Shown here: positions 15,277 through 28,744 of the stretch, one piece after another
How the letters are laid out: each line of letters begins with the position of its first letter
How positions within the stretch are numbered: position 1 is the stretch's first letter
Origin: Lobosporangium transversale
Taxonomy: Eukaryota
Direction: 5' to 3'
DNA length: 64,000 nt
NCBI RefSeq assembly: GCF_002105155.1
Contig: NW_019028980.1
Location: 930,001-994,000, forward strand
Notes under the pieces: generated by a model
What the model saw: only the letters and a program-made list of their open reading frames with translations
Told to the model about the DNA's origin: nothing
Database searches by the model: none
Translations under genes and position numbers: made by a program

Positions 15277-16089
15277 TTAAGCGTCTACAACAAGAGTTTC
15301 TCCAATTTGGATCACATTGAAGGTATTAAGGTCATGTCCGCGGTTCTTCATCGCGGCTTCAAGACGTCTTGGAGGCTCCGTGACATCTTCATCCGTTAAT
15401 ACCCACTAATATTTATATTTGAAGGGAAGAAAAAAAGAAAGGAAATTAGTGAATAAGACTGTTTGTGCAGCGAGTATAGCAAGCTATGAATGATAACCAA
15501 CTCTTTCGACTTTACAGTGCCCCAGTGCATGCCCACACTGCGTTTCGATCGGATGTCTTCATGAAGTCTGACAGCGTCTTCAGGGGAACAATGGATGGGC
15601 GACATAAACCATCTTGGACTATATGCGCCAATTGGAATCATGGATAGGTCAAAGGGTCCAATACGCTCTCCAATCTCTTTGAATGCTGGGCAATGAGGCA
15701 TTTCATCCTCGTTAGCACCTTCAGGAACATATCTGTACCCAGTGTCGCTGTCAACGTTATATATATGTTAAATGAAAGAGAAAAAAAAAAAAAAAAAAAA
15801 AAAAGCAATATACGTATAAGTTTAATAATCCTTTATCAATGTGTGCGTGAGAAAGAAAAGATGACTACAAGAAAACTTTTTTTTCTTCTTCTTCTTTTTC
15901 TTACCCGCCAAAGAACACCTTTGTGGCCTTTTCTGTAGCGTTTTCAGGAATTGTCTCTACAACCCAGGATGCCCACAGGGTCTTGAAGTTATCGGTCAAA
16001 GTTCTGCCGGTGAAATGTTGGCAGGGAGTACATATCACCTTGATTCTTGACTTGTTGTCATGGAAAGAGTGCTCATGTTCATCCCACCT

Positions 16090-16123
<34 letters not shown>

Positions 16124-16988
16124 TAGATAAAAAAAAAAAAAAAAAAAAAAAGAATTCAAAACCCACATTTAGTTCAACTAATTGATGCAATACGATACAA
16201 TCAAACAAAGGTACTTTTTTTTTTTTTTTTTTTTTTTTGTTTCCTTCATTCTTTTTCTTTTTCTTACTTACCAGTCGCATTCATTCACTTTCTCATTGAT
16301 GCCGATCGAATGGAACCAAGATTTATTACCGAGAGGGACATAAAAGTAAGGTTGATGATCCTTGTGAAGCTTCTTGACTGTGGTTGTGTCCAAATGATCA
16401 TAATGATTATGACTGATCACGACAATATCAATCCGGGGTAGTTCATCCAGTTTACAGGGAGGTGGTGTGTATCTCTTCAAGCCAAGATAACCAACAGCTT
16501 GAATGGGACTGCAACAATCTGAGAAGACTGGATCAAACAGGATGTTGACGCCTTCAAGCTGAACTAGAAAACAAGCACTAAAAAAAAAAAAAAAAAAAAA
16601 AAAAAGATAGTATTTTAATTTAAAAAGCTAAAAAAGGAGAGATAAAAAAAATAAAAAAAAAAAAAAAAAGTTTAAAAAAAAAGGCGTTTAAAACAACGTA
16701 CTGTCCCAGCCAGGTGGTGACCGCTTTGCCATGCTTTGTCTGTGCGCTTTCGACCTTTGGAGGGTAACTAAAGGTTTCAAGGAGAGTCTTGTCGAGGGGA
16801 ATAACGTTGGGTCGCTTAGTGTCATTGGTCACTTTGGCTTGCCTATGGTCAAATAACCAGAACATCCTGAGCAATTTTAAGAATCCATGCTGATGAAAAC
16901 TTGGCCATGGGTTGATAAATCCTTTGCCATTGGGCTTGTGGTGAGCAGGCAGTTCTTTCTTCTTGTCGTCTTTGTTCGTAGTAGCCAT
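15277..16988 (-). CDS. N-acyl-phosphatidylethanolamine phospholipase D (NAPE-PLD/Fmp30-like metallo-beta-lactamase), multi-exon
   Basis: [29 protein letters not shown] (HxHxDH), [33 protein letters not shown]; stop TAA at 15279-15277. Confidence 0.93.
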
Positions 16989-17676
16989 AGTTGAGTAAGG
17001 GTTGTCGGAAAGAAGGAAATGAATGTAGAATGAATGTGAGAAAAAAAAAAAAAAAAAAAGTTTATAACAGGAGTTCTGTTTTATGCAAAAAGCATGTGAT
17101 TTATGCCATTGATAAAAACGTCGGTAAAACGTTTACGCATTGACATTAAATAGTACAGGGGATTGATTATCTAACCTTCAAGAGCTGGACGCTGTGGAGG
17201 AATGGCAAGGTGTTGGTGGCGATAAGCAGCTGCGCCGAGGAGAACAACCCCTGAGATAGCAGCGATCCATCTGGAGCGAATAGCAGATCTTTTATACATA
17301 AATGTTTGTATGTGTTTGAACAACAATGTTTTAAATGCTTGTATCGATACTTGACTAGTATAAAAATGTAAGGCCCTTGCTCAACCCAATGAATCGGGAT
17401 GCCAGAAAGAAGTAAGGAGACTATTACGAAAGAAGGACTGTTTCAGAAGTGGAAAGAGTCTGTGGACAGATGGCTGTGTGTGTGAGTAGAAAGAAAAGAA
17501 GCGAGGAAAAGAAAAAAAAAAAAAAAAAAAAAGGAAGTTGTAGTAATATTTTTTCCTGAAGCTTGTCTTTATTGGCATTGGGTGTTTGTATGCAGTAGTA
17601 ACTCTTTTCACTCATTCATCTTGATTTGATCTTCATTACAATAGTTCATCACCTCCCTCCCTCTCCCTCTCCTTCC

Positions 17677-17708
<32 letters not shown>

Positions 17709-17750
17709 TTGTTTCTCTTTCTCTTCCTTCACTTTGAGTTCCTAAAGTCC

Positions 17751-19884
17751 ATGAATAATCCTTCTGCTCTACCTCCGAAGGTAGATTCCTTCATTGTTGT
17801 CAATGGTGCAGATGACAGAGATGCAGGCATCTACTCGGACAACTTTTATTCTCAACGAATGAGTCCTATGCGAAGTGCATTGCGTCGAAGCATGCTTCCA
17901 TGGGTTAGAAGTGAAACTAAAGACCTTGCTGCCCTCCAGGTAAAAAATAAAATAAAATAAAACAAAATAAAGAATTTAAAATTTAAAAAAAAGATCGATC
18001 GATCAAATGGCAAATGCAAAAGCAACGTCCATACACTGACTGACATTTAGCACTAAACGCGTCAATTTTTTATTTTTTTTTTATTTTGACCAGCAATGTT
18101 GGAGGTCCCCGTTTCTAGACAGCTACTTTACATTAACAGCGTTTGCAGGCCATCCACTGTTCTTTGTCTGTATTCTACCAATCATGTTTTGGTATGGCCA
18201 TTCGGTCTTTGCGAGAGGTTTCGTTAATGTCGCCTGCGTTGGTGTGTTCGTCACCTCCTGGGTCAAAGACTATCTTTGTTTGCCTCGGCCCCTATCTCCT
18301 CCTCTCGTTCGCCTCTCCCGATCCAAGCGAGGTGAGCTAACCTCGACTCTTACATTTTACCTTTATCAAACATCGTGTTTTTGCTAAACGCGAACTTTGT
18401 ACCTATATATTGACTTGTTTACAATCTTCATCTTAACTGTCTTTCTAGTCCATCTTGAGTATGGTTTTCCTTCAACGCATACGAGTAATGCCGTATCAAT
18501 TGCGCTTTATCTCCTCTCATGCTTGCTCATCTCAGACTGGTCTATTACTACAAAATTGCTGTCAGTGGCTGGCTTAGCCATCTACCTGTTCAGTGTAGTC
18601 TTTGGACGACTTTATTGTGGAATGCATACAAAGACTGATATCCTTGGTGGTTTTGCCATTGGCGTGGTCGTATGGGCTGTTCAATGGGGTTTCCATGATA
18701 CAATTGACGCGCTGATGACTGATTCAAGCTGGAAAGGTAATACAACATTTGATTGAATAGCACTGTAATAAAAAGGGTTTGTTCTCATCTGTTAGATGAG
18801 CTTACAACTGTCGATTTCTTTTAACCTTTTTTTTTTTTTTTTTTTTTTTTTTTTGGCTTAGTTGTGCTTGTCGTGGTGCTTGGAGGTATCTTGCTGATCC
18901 AGAGTATTCCAGAGACCATGGATAGCTGTCCTTGCATTGACGATGGGTAAGGCACCTTTTTTTTCTTTCTTTTTTTTTTTATCCTTCATTTTCCTAACAA
19001 ATATACTTTATACATGTATTTATAGCGTTACAACAATGGCGGTGATCATGGGCATCTTCCCTGCCAGTCAGCATTTCGCGCTTTCGAAATATGCCGTCAG
19101 TGAGAATGGACATCATGGTATTGTTCATTACGATCCAACAGAACTTAGTCTTTTCAAATCCACCTTACGCTTTGTGTTTGGGCTAGCAGTTATTTTCACT
19201 TGGCGTATGGCTGCCAAAAAGCTTTTGTACATTTTGCTCCCACCGCTTTATCGCTATTTTAATCTACCTTCAAGGACACATTTTGTTCCTGCAAAGTAAG
19301 TTCACCAAAACCCTGCAGTCATTTAAAGAAAATCGTCCATGTGTGTATATCTAATCCTCCTCCTTCTCCTCCTCCTCCTCCTCCTAACTTTTTTTTTTTT
19401 AATCCGCAGGACTTATGGAAACCTTCGCAGCCAACCTATTGGTCGTGTCCCATCAGTCATGGATCTTTCGGCCTTGGCAGACTCCTCTATTGAGATTGTG
19501 GGCCCTCAATCAACAATGGATATTCACGAACAATTTTCACAGACTCGATCCTCCAAACGACTCAGTGCACAGAATTTTGACGATTGTAATATCGTGACTA
19601 AGGAACATTTTGGATTACGCCCTAGTCACATTAACAAGACTCGCCAGGGTGATGACAAAGATTTGCAGGCAATTATATCCACTCCATCTGCTGAAGATAA
19701 TACGTTAGCAAAAGAAGCAACAACGACAGCAGTAGCAGAGGTCAAAGAATTGGATGATGATGGCGTCAAATCAGATAGAGAACTGGATGAATATGAAAGG
19801 ATTGCAATGGAAAAGTTTGAACAGGAGCATCCCAGCTGGGCACGTTTTGATGTGGATATTGTTATTAAGACTGTAGTCTACGCA

Positions 19885-19921
<37 letters not shown>

Positions 19922-20088
19922 CTTGAATCATTTACATACATAGTTGGCATGTCTATTCATCTTGTAACTAAACAATATTAACTCCTTTTCTCCTAGGCAT
20001 TGGATGGCTGGCAGTAGATACCATCCCCGTCATGTTTGAATTGATTGGCCTCGGCACTTCTCATCATCTCCCTCTTCAGACATCCTAA
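17751..20088 (+). CDS. LCB3: Sphingoid long-chain-base phosphate phosphatase (Lcb3/Ysr3/SGPP, PAP2 family), multi-exon
   Basis: PAP2 motifs KDYLCLPRP, EYGFPSTH, GRLYCGMH; hydrophobic helices; C-terminal RFDVDIVIKTVVYAG|IGWLA typical of fungal Lcb3. Confidence 0.92.
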
Positions 20089-21292
20089 ACCCCTTTTAAG
20101 TTTTTTATTGAATAAAGTAATGTGTCATACTCTTTTCCTGCTACTGTCAACTTGCTACTTTGCTACTACACACATTCTCGTTACACCAGACAACCTTGTT
20201 GATGAAGTTCAGAGAATCAGGTTGGGGAGAAAAATGTGAAATTGATTATATATCGCATCCTCAAAAGGCTGGTGAGATGAGCATATTTCTTGAGCTTGAA
20301 AGATGCAAGGATGTAAATTGTGAGATGTAGCTGGAGGAATGCTTCATCCTCTCCTCTTTCAGTATATACTTGTTCTTCATAGTTTGAAGAAACTCAATCA
20401 TAGTTCAAGTACATCAGCATTGTCCTTGATGATTAGGCTTTGCAAGGCCTTGTAATGCATCTCCTCGCCGTTTGAAGTAGTGGCATTACTTACTAGGGGA
20501 AGAGGGAAAAAAATTCAATATGCAACACGGAACTGCAACAAGCAATGTGCAGAAATTCATAGAACAATTAAGCTGATATTGCTTGTAGCTTATGCATGCA
20601 TGTCTCTCTCTTATAGTTCTCCTTCCTGATCAATTGAGCATAAACGATGTGCTTCCATGATTTCCATGAGCTTCTAATTCTTCCTGCTTGACACTACCCC
20701 ACACAGCCAAGGTGAGCTTTTGTCTGTCCTTCAACATGTAATAGCGAACAAATACTTTTTTTTTACAATTTGCTCCAGCTGGTGAGCTGGGTCGGTGCTG
20801 TTTAATGCTGTTTGCCTATTACAAATGTAACTCGTCGTTGACAAACAAAAACAAACAATGATGCAGAGAATAATGAAATTCATTGGGCGAATGATGCTTA
20901 CAACTTCGCTCCTGCCTCGCTTTGGCTGGTCCGATTTGCTGGTCCGTTTTTTTCATACCCCGGCTTCACTCTCAAGTCATTTAGCTTGCTCTCATTCTCA
21001 CTCATTCACGTTCTCATTCTCCACTCATTCATTCTCTTTCTCTTTCTCTTTCTCTTTGTTTCTTCCTTTTTCTTCCTTCTCTGTTCATTAGTTCTCCCTA
21101 TCTTTCTTTTATTTCTTATCTCCTCTGATTTTAGTTCACTCCTTAAAAAAACATTCCTTTTCTTCAAGATACAAAAAAAAAAAAAAAACGTTGGCATTAA
21201 TGCTCGTTTCCTCACATTCATAGCCTGCTATCTAACAATAACAACAAGAACAGCGGTAGCAGCAGCAGTACACCCGTCAGAGCTCATCAGTG

Positions 21293-22003
21293 ATGCAACC
21301 AACTTACTCACGTCCGTACTCCCAGCCTCAACCCCTCACTCAACCCCAATCCCCATTCCAATCTCACTATCATATTTTATCTTCCACTTCTTCATCCCCA
21401 TCATCTTCTCACCGTCATAATTATATGAGCCACAACCACAGCTATAATAATAATCATAACCATAATTACAGCCATAGCCATAATCACCATCACAGCCCAA
21501 TTGGAGGTGGAGACGGAACATCCTCTTCTAGCTCAATGTCCTCCAACGGCAGTAGTCCAAGACGATATACTCCACGCCAAGATGATGGTGCCGGAATCAC
21601 TGTTGAAGAGTACGAGGAGTTGTTGAATGCAGAAGTCTGGGTTGAGGTCCCAAAGTTGCGAGAGTATGCGCGCCATGGTATTTCTCGTGAAGTTCGAGGT
21701 GTAAGTCTTTCTTTTTTTTTTGTGTGTGTGTGTGTGTATGTGTGTGTGTGTGAAATATATGTGAACTTCACACTCTTTTTCAGGGTTCTTTCTTTCGCTT
21801 ATCTGCCATTGATTGTGGAAAGAAACCCCCAATTGCTTTGCTCCCTTCTAAAAAAGAACATTGGAATTTGGACAAAGTTTCAATCCTCTTGCAGGTTTCT
21901 CTTTCTCCCTCTCCTTTCTTTTCAACATGATCCCCACTTTTTTTTTTTTTTTTTTTTTTCTTTTCCTCTTACTTGAGTCAGACTATTGCAAAACTTGTGC
22001 CTG

Positions 22004-22036
<33 letters not shown>

Positions 22037-23436
22037 TCTTGGCGTCCTATTACGTGTGTTCGACCGTAAGAGACAAAAATAGCCGTTTTGCGTCTTCGCG
22101 GAGTTTTAAGGGAGGAAGGAGCATCTATGCAGTACAAAGTCCAAAGTTTAATGCCCAATGCCCCGATGCCCCAATGCCCAATGCCCAATGCGCGCAAACA
22201 ATTATCTGCGATGACTCGCACTTGCCAAGATAGCATGATACATTATATGTTTATACATGTATAAATGTACATGAAAGGTGTTAGCTTGCAAATTAAATGA
22301 TTGGTCTCTTATACTCTTTTTATTATTATTATTATTATTGTTATCATTTATTGATCTTGTAGGAGGTTTGGCTCTATCTACTTGGGATTCAAGATGCAGA
22401 TCGTTCAAAGGAAGTGTCGACACAAAAGCAGCGGATGCAGGAATATGAACAACTGGATAAAGAGCCGAATGAGTCTTCAAAACGAGTTCGAAGTGAGATC
22501 TCACGGTATCTACGCAAGACCAAGATTGAGTCCAGTCGGGACATTTCTCAATTATTTGAACAAGTCATTGGTGCGTACTGTAACCAGAATCATCAGGTTG
22601 AATATTATCCAGCGATGGTGAATCTCTGTGCTCCCTTTGTGTATTCGATCAAACGGGAGTGGGATGCCTATCTTTGTTTTGAAAAGATGATTAATACGCT
22701 GAGTAAGTTTTTTTTTTTTTTTTTTTTTTTTTTTATTGTTTTTTTTACAAGCGGAAGAGAGGGCTATGCCACTTGTTACCAAGATGAGTAAACATGACGA
22801 TTATGACAGTGAGGCAATTTATTGACTTTTTTCTTGGTTTGAATGGCGTTATTTTGCTGCGCTTTTTTTTTTTTTTTTTTTTTTTTTTTGCTTATGAATA
22901 GGTGACCATTTTAATGAAGAAAGCATCAATGAGGCAGTCGCGAAATTCATGACGTTGTTTCATACGTCTTTGCCGGACCTTTACAGTTACTTTGAAGAAG
23001 AAGAAGTCGATATCAAGGAATGGGCAGCATCAGCCCTTCAGTTTGTTTTGTCAAGAGAATTACCATTGGAGAGTACGATGCGATTGTGGGACACTTATTT
23101 TGCGCTCCCTGATGATGGATGGCTTGAATTGCATCCATATGCTTGTCTGGCCATTTTGAAGCAACTGAGAGAAGGATTTGAGGAACTGGAACAGTCAGAG
23201 ATTAGGACCATGTTGATGAGGTTGCCACAAATGGATATGGATCGAGTAAGTTAACTGGCAAAAACAACAACAACAAAAAAAAAAAAAAGAAAAGTTGTTT
23301 TTTTCTGACAGCGGTGCTAACATACATTTTTTTTTTTTTTTTTTTTTTTTCCCCTCAATGATTCTAGATCATTAATGAAGCTTTCAACCTGCGACATGAA
23401 ATCTTGCAACGCCAGATATCGGATGACAACCTTTAA
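21293..23436 (+). CDS. TBC (Rab-GAP fold) domain protein with degenerate catalytic motifs, 4 exons
   Basis: KLREYARHGISREVRG|EVWLYLLG, MRLWDTYF, CLAILKQLR match the TBC consensus; exons 21293-21700, 22363-22702, ~22902-23246, 23368-23436. Confidence 0.85.
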
Positions 23437-23881
23437 AGGGATGGAGAAAGGGCAGGAGGAGGAGTGAGAAGGGGTTCCGCTACATTGGATGGCTCTGTCT
23501 TCACAGGCGTCCAAATACTTTTTTTTTTTTTTTTTTTTTTTTCTTTTTTTCATTCTTTTGGAGCGCCCAGGGTTTGCTTTGCATAGATGTTTAGAATGAA
23601 GAGCAAGCAAGGCCTATATTCAAAATATATCATCGAATTATTTCTGAAAAGGAACAATGCCCAGCGAGACCATTTTCATTTTTTGTCCTTCCTTGTATAA
23701 TAATAAAATCTCAAGTGCCCACTCCATTTACCTCTTTGATTTCAGAACGCGTCAAGGTTGATCAGAGTTTATAATTTAGATGATGATAACCAATGTTTTT
23801 ACATGCATCGGGTGGCATATGATATAGATGACAGATATATATATGAATCTATTACTTTTTAATTATTATTAATCTACATAG

Positions 23882-24276
23882 TTAATCTACAATTTCCTTT
23901 AGCAAGAACCTGGTTTCCCGAAAGGTATCGCCTCCATAATTCCGAGGTTCGATCTTGAAGGTCTTGTAACCGAATTTCTCAAAGCCCTGGGCCTTGCTAA
24001 GACCATAAAGGGTCAAGGCCTTGAGACCTCTTTGACGGCCCAGTTCTTCACAGATTTGGATCATCCGACCTAGATAGCCTTGACGACGGAATTTCTTGTA
24101 CAGGAATAAGGAGACGATACAACCACGTAGATTCTCTGGATCTGCGACATCTTTATCACCAAATTCAAAATCCTTTAGCTCTATGCCACCCATTCCGACA
24201 GGGGTCTTTGTCTCTGGGAGGTAGAATATAGCCATGATGCGAGTCCCTTCGTTCTGTTGGATGAACCAAGAGGGCA

Positions 24277-24327
<51 letters not shown>

Positions 24328-24773
24328 TATGAATTATGTTAATATTAAAAAGTTGAAGCATAAGAACTTTGTGACAAGATAGTTCAAGTTCGATCAAGAA
24401 ACAAAAAAGATAATAATAATAATACTTTACAAGGCCAGCACCCCAACCACAGGCTTTCCTCATGGCTCTAACAAGGTCTTGATGCTCCTCAGCATTTGGG
24501 ATCTCATAATCGAGTGAGGGATAAGAAGAGGAAAGAGGTTCGTCGCTAAAAAAAAAAAAAAAAAAAAAAAAAAAGGGGTTCAAACATTTAATCTATGGAT
24601 CTTTACCACGTGTTACAAAAGTTTTTAACATGTATAAAAAAAATAAAAAAAAAAAAAAAAAAAAAAAAAACTAGTAATGATAATGATAACAATAACAATA
24701 ATAAATACCTCGAGTCAACTGCATTCAAGTTTCCGGTTTGAATGTCGGTGGTGTTGAATGAACTTTCGATCAT
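23882..24773 (-). CDS. GNAT-family N-acetyltransferase, 3 exons
   Basis: Acetyl-CoA motif IVSLFLYKKFRRQGYLGRM followed by AQGFEKFGYK; MRKACGW motif; introns ~24708-24546 and 24430-24278. Confidence 0.85.
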
Positions 24774-25416
24774 GTCAAGAATGAAGGGAATGAAGGGAAT
24801 GAACAAGTGAAATAAATGAGCGATCAATTGGACTGTAGACAAAAAAAAAGAGAAATAGAGATAAAGAAGAGATAGAGATAGAGATAGAGAATAGAGAAAA
24901 AGTCATCGACTGCGGCCAATTGTCCAATCAGCCTCCAAAGATTCAGAGCCATAACAACAAACAACCTTGATGGACTTGATGGACTTTACTTTGATGTTTG
25001 TTTTATTCCACTCCAAAAAAAAAGGACACATTGTTGCATTTGTTCCTTCTTTGGTGATGGAACCAATGACAAGGATCAAATTATGACTTGGTATGGATCG
25101 GGATAAAATCATCAAGGCAAACAGAACAGAGAGAGCATGAGAAGAAAAAAAGGAACCTTTACAACGGATTCAGTCGTATATAATAGTCATGCAAAATAAA
25201 TAATAATAAAAATGTGGAGAAATATATAATATGCAAAACATGTGAGTCTCTCTCTCTCGCTCTCTCACACCACACAAGTCTTTTATGCTAAAATGCTTGT
25301 CTTGGTTGCTTCCTTCTCCTAGCCCTACTCTCTTTTTCTCTCTTTCTGTCTCCCTTTTTTTTCTTTTCTTTTCTTTTCTTTTCCTCATTACTTTTTTTTA
25401 AAAAAAAAAAAAAACA

Positions 25417-27960
25417 ATGAATGAATCTCTTGACAATACCTTACAGGAAAGCACTTGTAGAATGACTGAAAATCACAACTCCGATAAACAAAAGGGTGCT
25501 CAGCCATCTCACAATGCAAATGCTTCTGTTGTTGCTGCTGTTGCTGGGGAGCATTTGCTACGCCCAAGCATCCGGAAACATAGCCACACTGCAGCTCATT
25601 CAAAGATTAGACCTATGATGCGCACAGCCTCCGGTCTACTCACACACCATCACCACCACCATCACCCTCACCCTCACCCTCACCAACATCATCATCATCA
25701 TCATCATCATCATAGTAGCAATAGCAATAGCAATAGCAATAACATCAATCCTGGTAACAAAACAGGTGTACATAAACAAAGGAGACGAAGGGCAAAATTT
25801 GTCTTTGGTGGGGATCTGGAATCAAAAGAAGAACACGTAAAAGAAGGTGAAGAGAAGGACCACCAGAATGACCAACAGGAACGCAAGGATTTTGCTGACA
25901 ATGGCAATAATGAGGGATTATTACATGATGATAAGAATATCGCAGTAACAGCAACCGCAGCAGTTACAACAACAGCTCCAGGAGGACAACATTTGTATCA
26001 CCCAATTCACCATGACAATCACCGACATCGACATGATCCATATCCACAACAGAAATTGCACCATCAACATAATCACCATGAACAACAACAACAACAACAA
26101 CATTCCAACGCTTCCACCTCCACGTTTAAAGATCAAATCCCAAAGGAGAATAAAGACACTGACCACAGTCTAATGTCAGAAAGCATTCCCAATAACAGCA
26201 AAGATAACCATCCATCACGACATGTTGAGCAAGGCTCGATTCAGCGTGATAAGGATGAAGCAGCAGAAGCAGTTATTATTCAACAAACTCCGTCAGTCAA
26301 ATCTGATGCTACTACCACCACAAACATAACTGACAGAACAGTTAAATCAGTCTCTGCCAAATCACAAAAGACAAAGACAAAGGCAGAGACAGAGACAGAG
26401 GCAGAGGTAGAGGTAGAGACAGATGACAATTTATTACAATCGACGAGATTAACACCACCACGGGTGCATGATCTTCGACAAAATCAAACTCCACAGTATG
26501 ACATGATTAATGTTTCAAATCCTGCAGAGACTTCGTCCTTATCATCATCCTCCTCCTCAATCCACTCAATAACAACCTCCAACCCAGCTATCTCCTTGCC
26601 CGAACCTCTTTATCCTTTTGGGAAAAAGTCCATTCAGAACAAGTCATTGAATAATACTAAAAATAACAATAGTCACGATAGCAACGATAGCGATGGTCAT
26701 ATCAATAGCAATAGCAATAGCAATAGCAATAGCAATAGCAATAGCAATAGCAATAGTAATGACAATGGGAACGCCGATACAGCAACAGTAGCAGTGACAG
26801 AGATATCAAGATCGCCATCACCATTATCACCATCATCATCATCATCATCAACATCAACATCATCATCATCATCAACAGATAAACAATTACAAGAACAAGA
26901 ACAAAGGAATCGACAACATCTGCCGCCATCTAAACGACTCTCTCGTCTTCTTCATCCAAGTCCGTCTACCGCGTCCTTGCCTTCAATCACTAGGACCATT
27001 TCGCAACCCGTCCTCACTGTCCTTAGCACAGATCAAGCCAGTGGGGTAGATGATGGTAAAGATGGTAATCATGTGGGCAATCAAGGAAGAACGTCTACAG
27101 AATTATTAGCTACACTAGGAGAGCAACAACAACAACAACATGCTTCATTGGTTTCACCTGTCGCAGGGCTCGTATCGAAATTCCTTGGCCCTTACACCAC
27201 CACGAGTCACAAACGTTCCCAATCACAGTCCAGCCTTTCATCCTTAGTAGATCCAAACCAAGGATCAGTGCCAAATATTCCGAAGGGGAATAGGGCACAA
27301 AAAGGGAACCATAAACGCCATGGATCCTCCTCTTCGATAATCCCTATTTATCCAGATCGACCACGACGCCGAATACAACAACAACAACAGTTGGCACCGC
27401 CAAGGCGACCGAATAGTGCTGGCAGTGGGTTCATGACAGCATCATCAACATCATCGACAACATCATCATTATTACGTCCTACCAACGAATCACCCAATTG
27501 TTTCATATCAAGGTTCTTACCATCCATCTCCTCGCCATCTCTACATTCTCACTGTTATCATTGTGGCTCACCCGTTTCCAAGAACACGAATAACACACCC
27601 CTGCTTTTGAACTCTGCTGGTTATTTTGAACAATGTTCCGGATATGTGTCAGGATTCAGTATTGGTGGCGGTAGCGGCCCTACTAGTGCTTTTGCTACTG
27701 CTACTGCTACTGCTGCTGCTGCTGGTCCTACTACTGCTCCCACTGCTGCTCCGATGCGTCGACGGTTGCCTGCAAGTCTAAGAATGACGGCCACGACCGC
27801 TGCATTTAGATCAGATTCTGATATCAACAGCAGCAGCAATATCAACATCAACAGCAACAGTAGCAACGACAGCAATGTACAACAGGATTCGACTATACAA
27901 CAGCTACCGACTAATGCCTCCAATGTAGGATCTCCTGTTGAAGGAACCATTTCTTCTGAT

Positions 27961-27991
<31 letters not shown>

Positions 27992-28395
27992 CAATTCCCC
28001 CTTTAAGGAGAAACAGTAACAATAGCACCAATAGCAACAGTAGCATGAGTAGCAGAAGTGGCATAAACAACAACAACAACAACAGCAACGACTATTACTA
28101 CAGCAGTGGCAATGGTTATGGTCATACTCATCAAACTCATACTCATACCCATAGTAACAATAGTCCTTGGAAGAATATGAAATCCATATCGAGAACACAA
28201 CAAAAACTTGATTTACAACGCGCGAGTTCACAAGAGGAGGTGGATGAGTCCGAGATAGCCCAGCGTAGCAAACTCATACGGGAGATGGAGAGGATCCAGC
28301 GTGAGTATCGATCCCTTCGCCTGTTTTCAGATCCCTTGTGGGAAAGTCTTGTGAGATGTCAGGCAAATGAAAATACTTTATTTGTCTCGAATTAA
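25417..28395 (+). CDS. Tco89-like (TORC1-associated) protein, 992 aa, single exon, mostly disordered
   Basis: C-terminal SRTQQKLDLQR...EMERIQREYRSLRLFSDPLWESLVR resembles the conserved fungal TCO89 motif as recalled; the rest is polyH/Q/S/N. Confidence 0.65.
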
Positions 28396-28744
28396 AAAAA
28401 AAAAAAAAAAAGCTTTTTTCCGATAACATATTTCCTTTTTTCTTTTTATTCATTAATAAATATATTATTTACTTGGTATTCAACACCTAAACCTATGATT
28501 TTACCCCATCTTCCACGCGAAGAAAAAAAAAAAAAAAAAAAAAAATGAAAATAATGAAAAATGAAAAAAGAAAAGTAGCCTCACAAGGTGGATTTTGTTC
28601 ATATCACTACTTATTACAGGTCTATCTTTTAAAAAAACTAAATTGATATATTTCTTTTCTCCCTTTTTGTCTTTTATATTTATATTTATATATGTATATA
28701 TTATTATTATAATTATTGTTTTTTTTTTTTGTTTTTTTTTTTTT

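Noticed and set aside
20150..20500. Coding-like minus-strand stretch downstream of LCB3
   Set aside because: Multiple stops in all frames and no recognisable family.
22150..22192. ATGCCCA-type short tandem repeat in the TBC intron
   Set aside because: Ordinary degenerate minisatellite with no further structure.
23855..23884. Stop-codon readthrough (TAA CTA) giving a cryptic peroxisomal signal on the GNAT
   Set aside because: The extension reads LCRLIIIKK-stop, so it does not end in a PTS1, and TAA is a poor readthrough codon.
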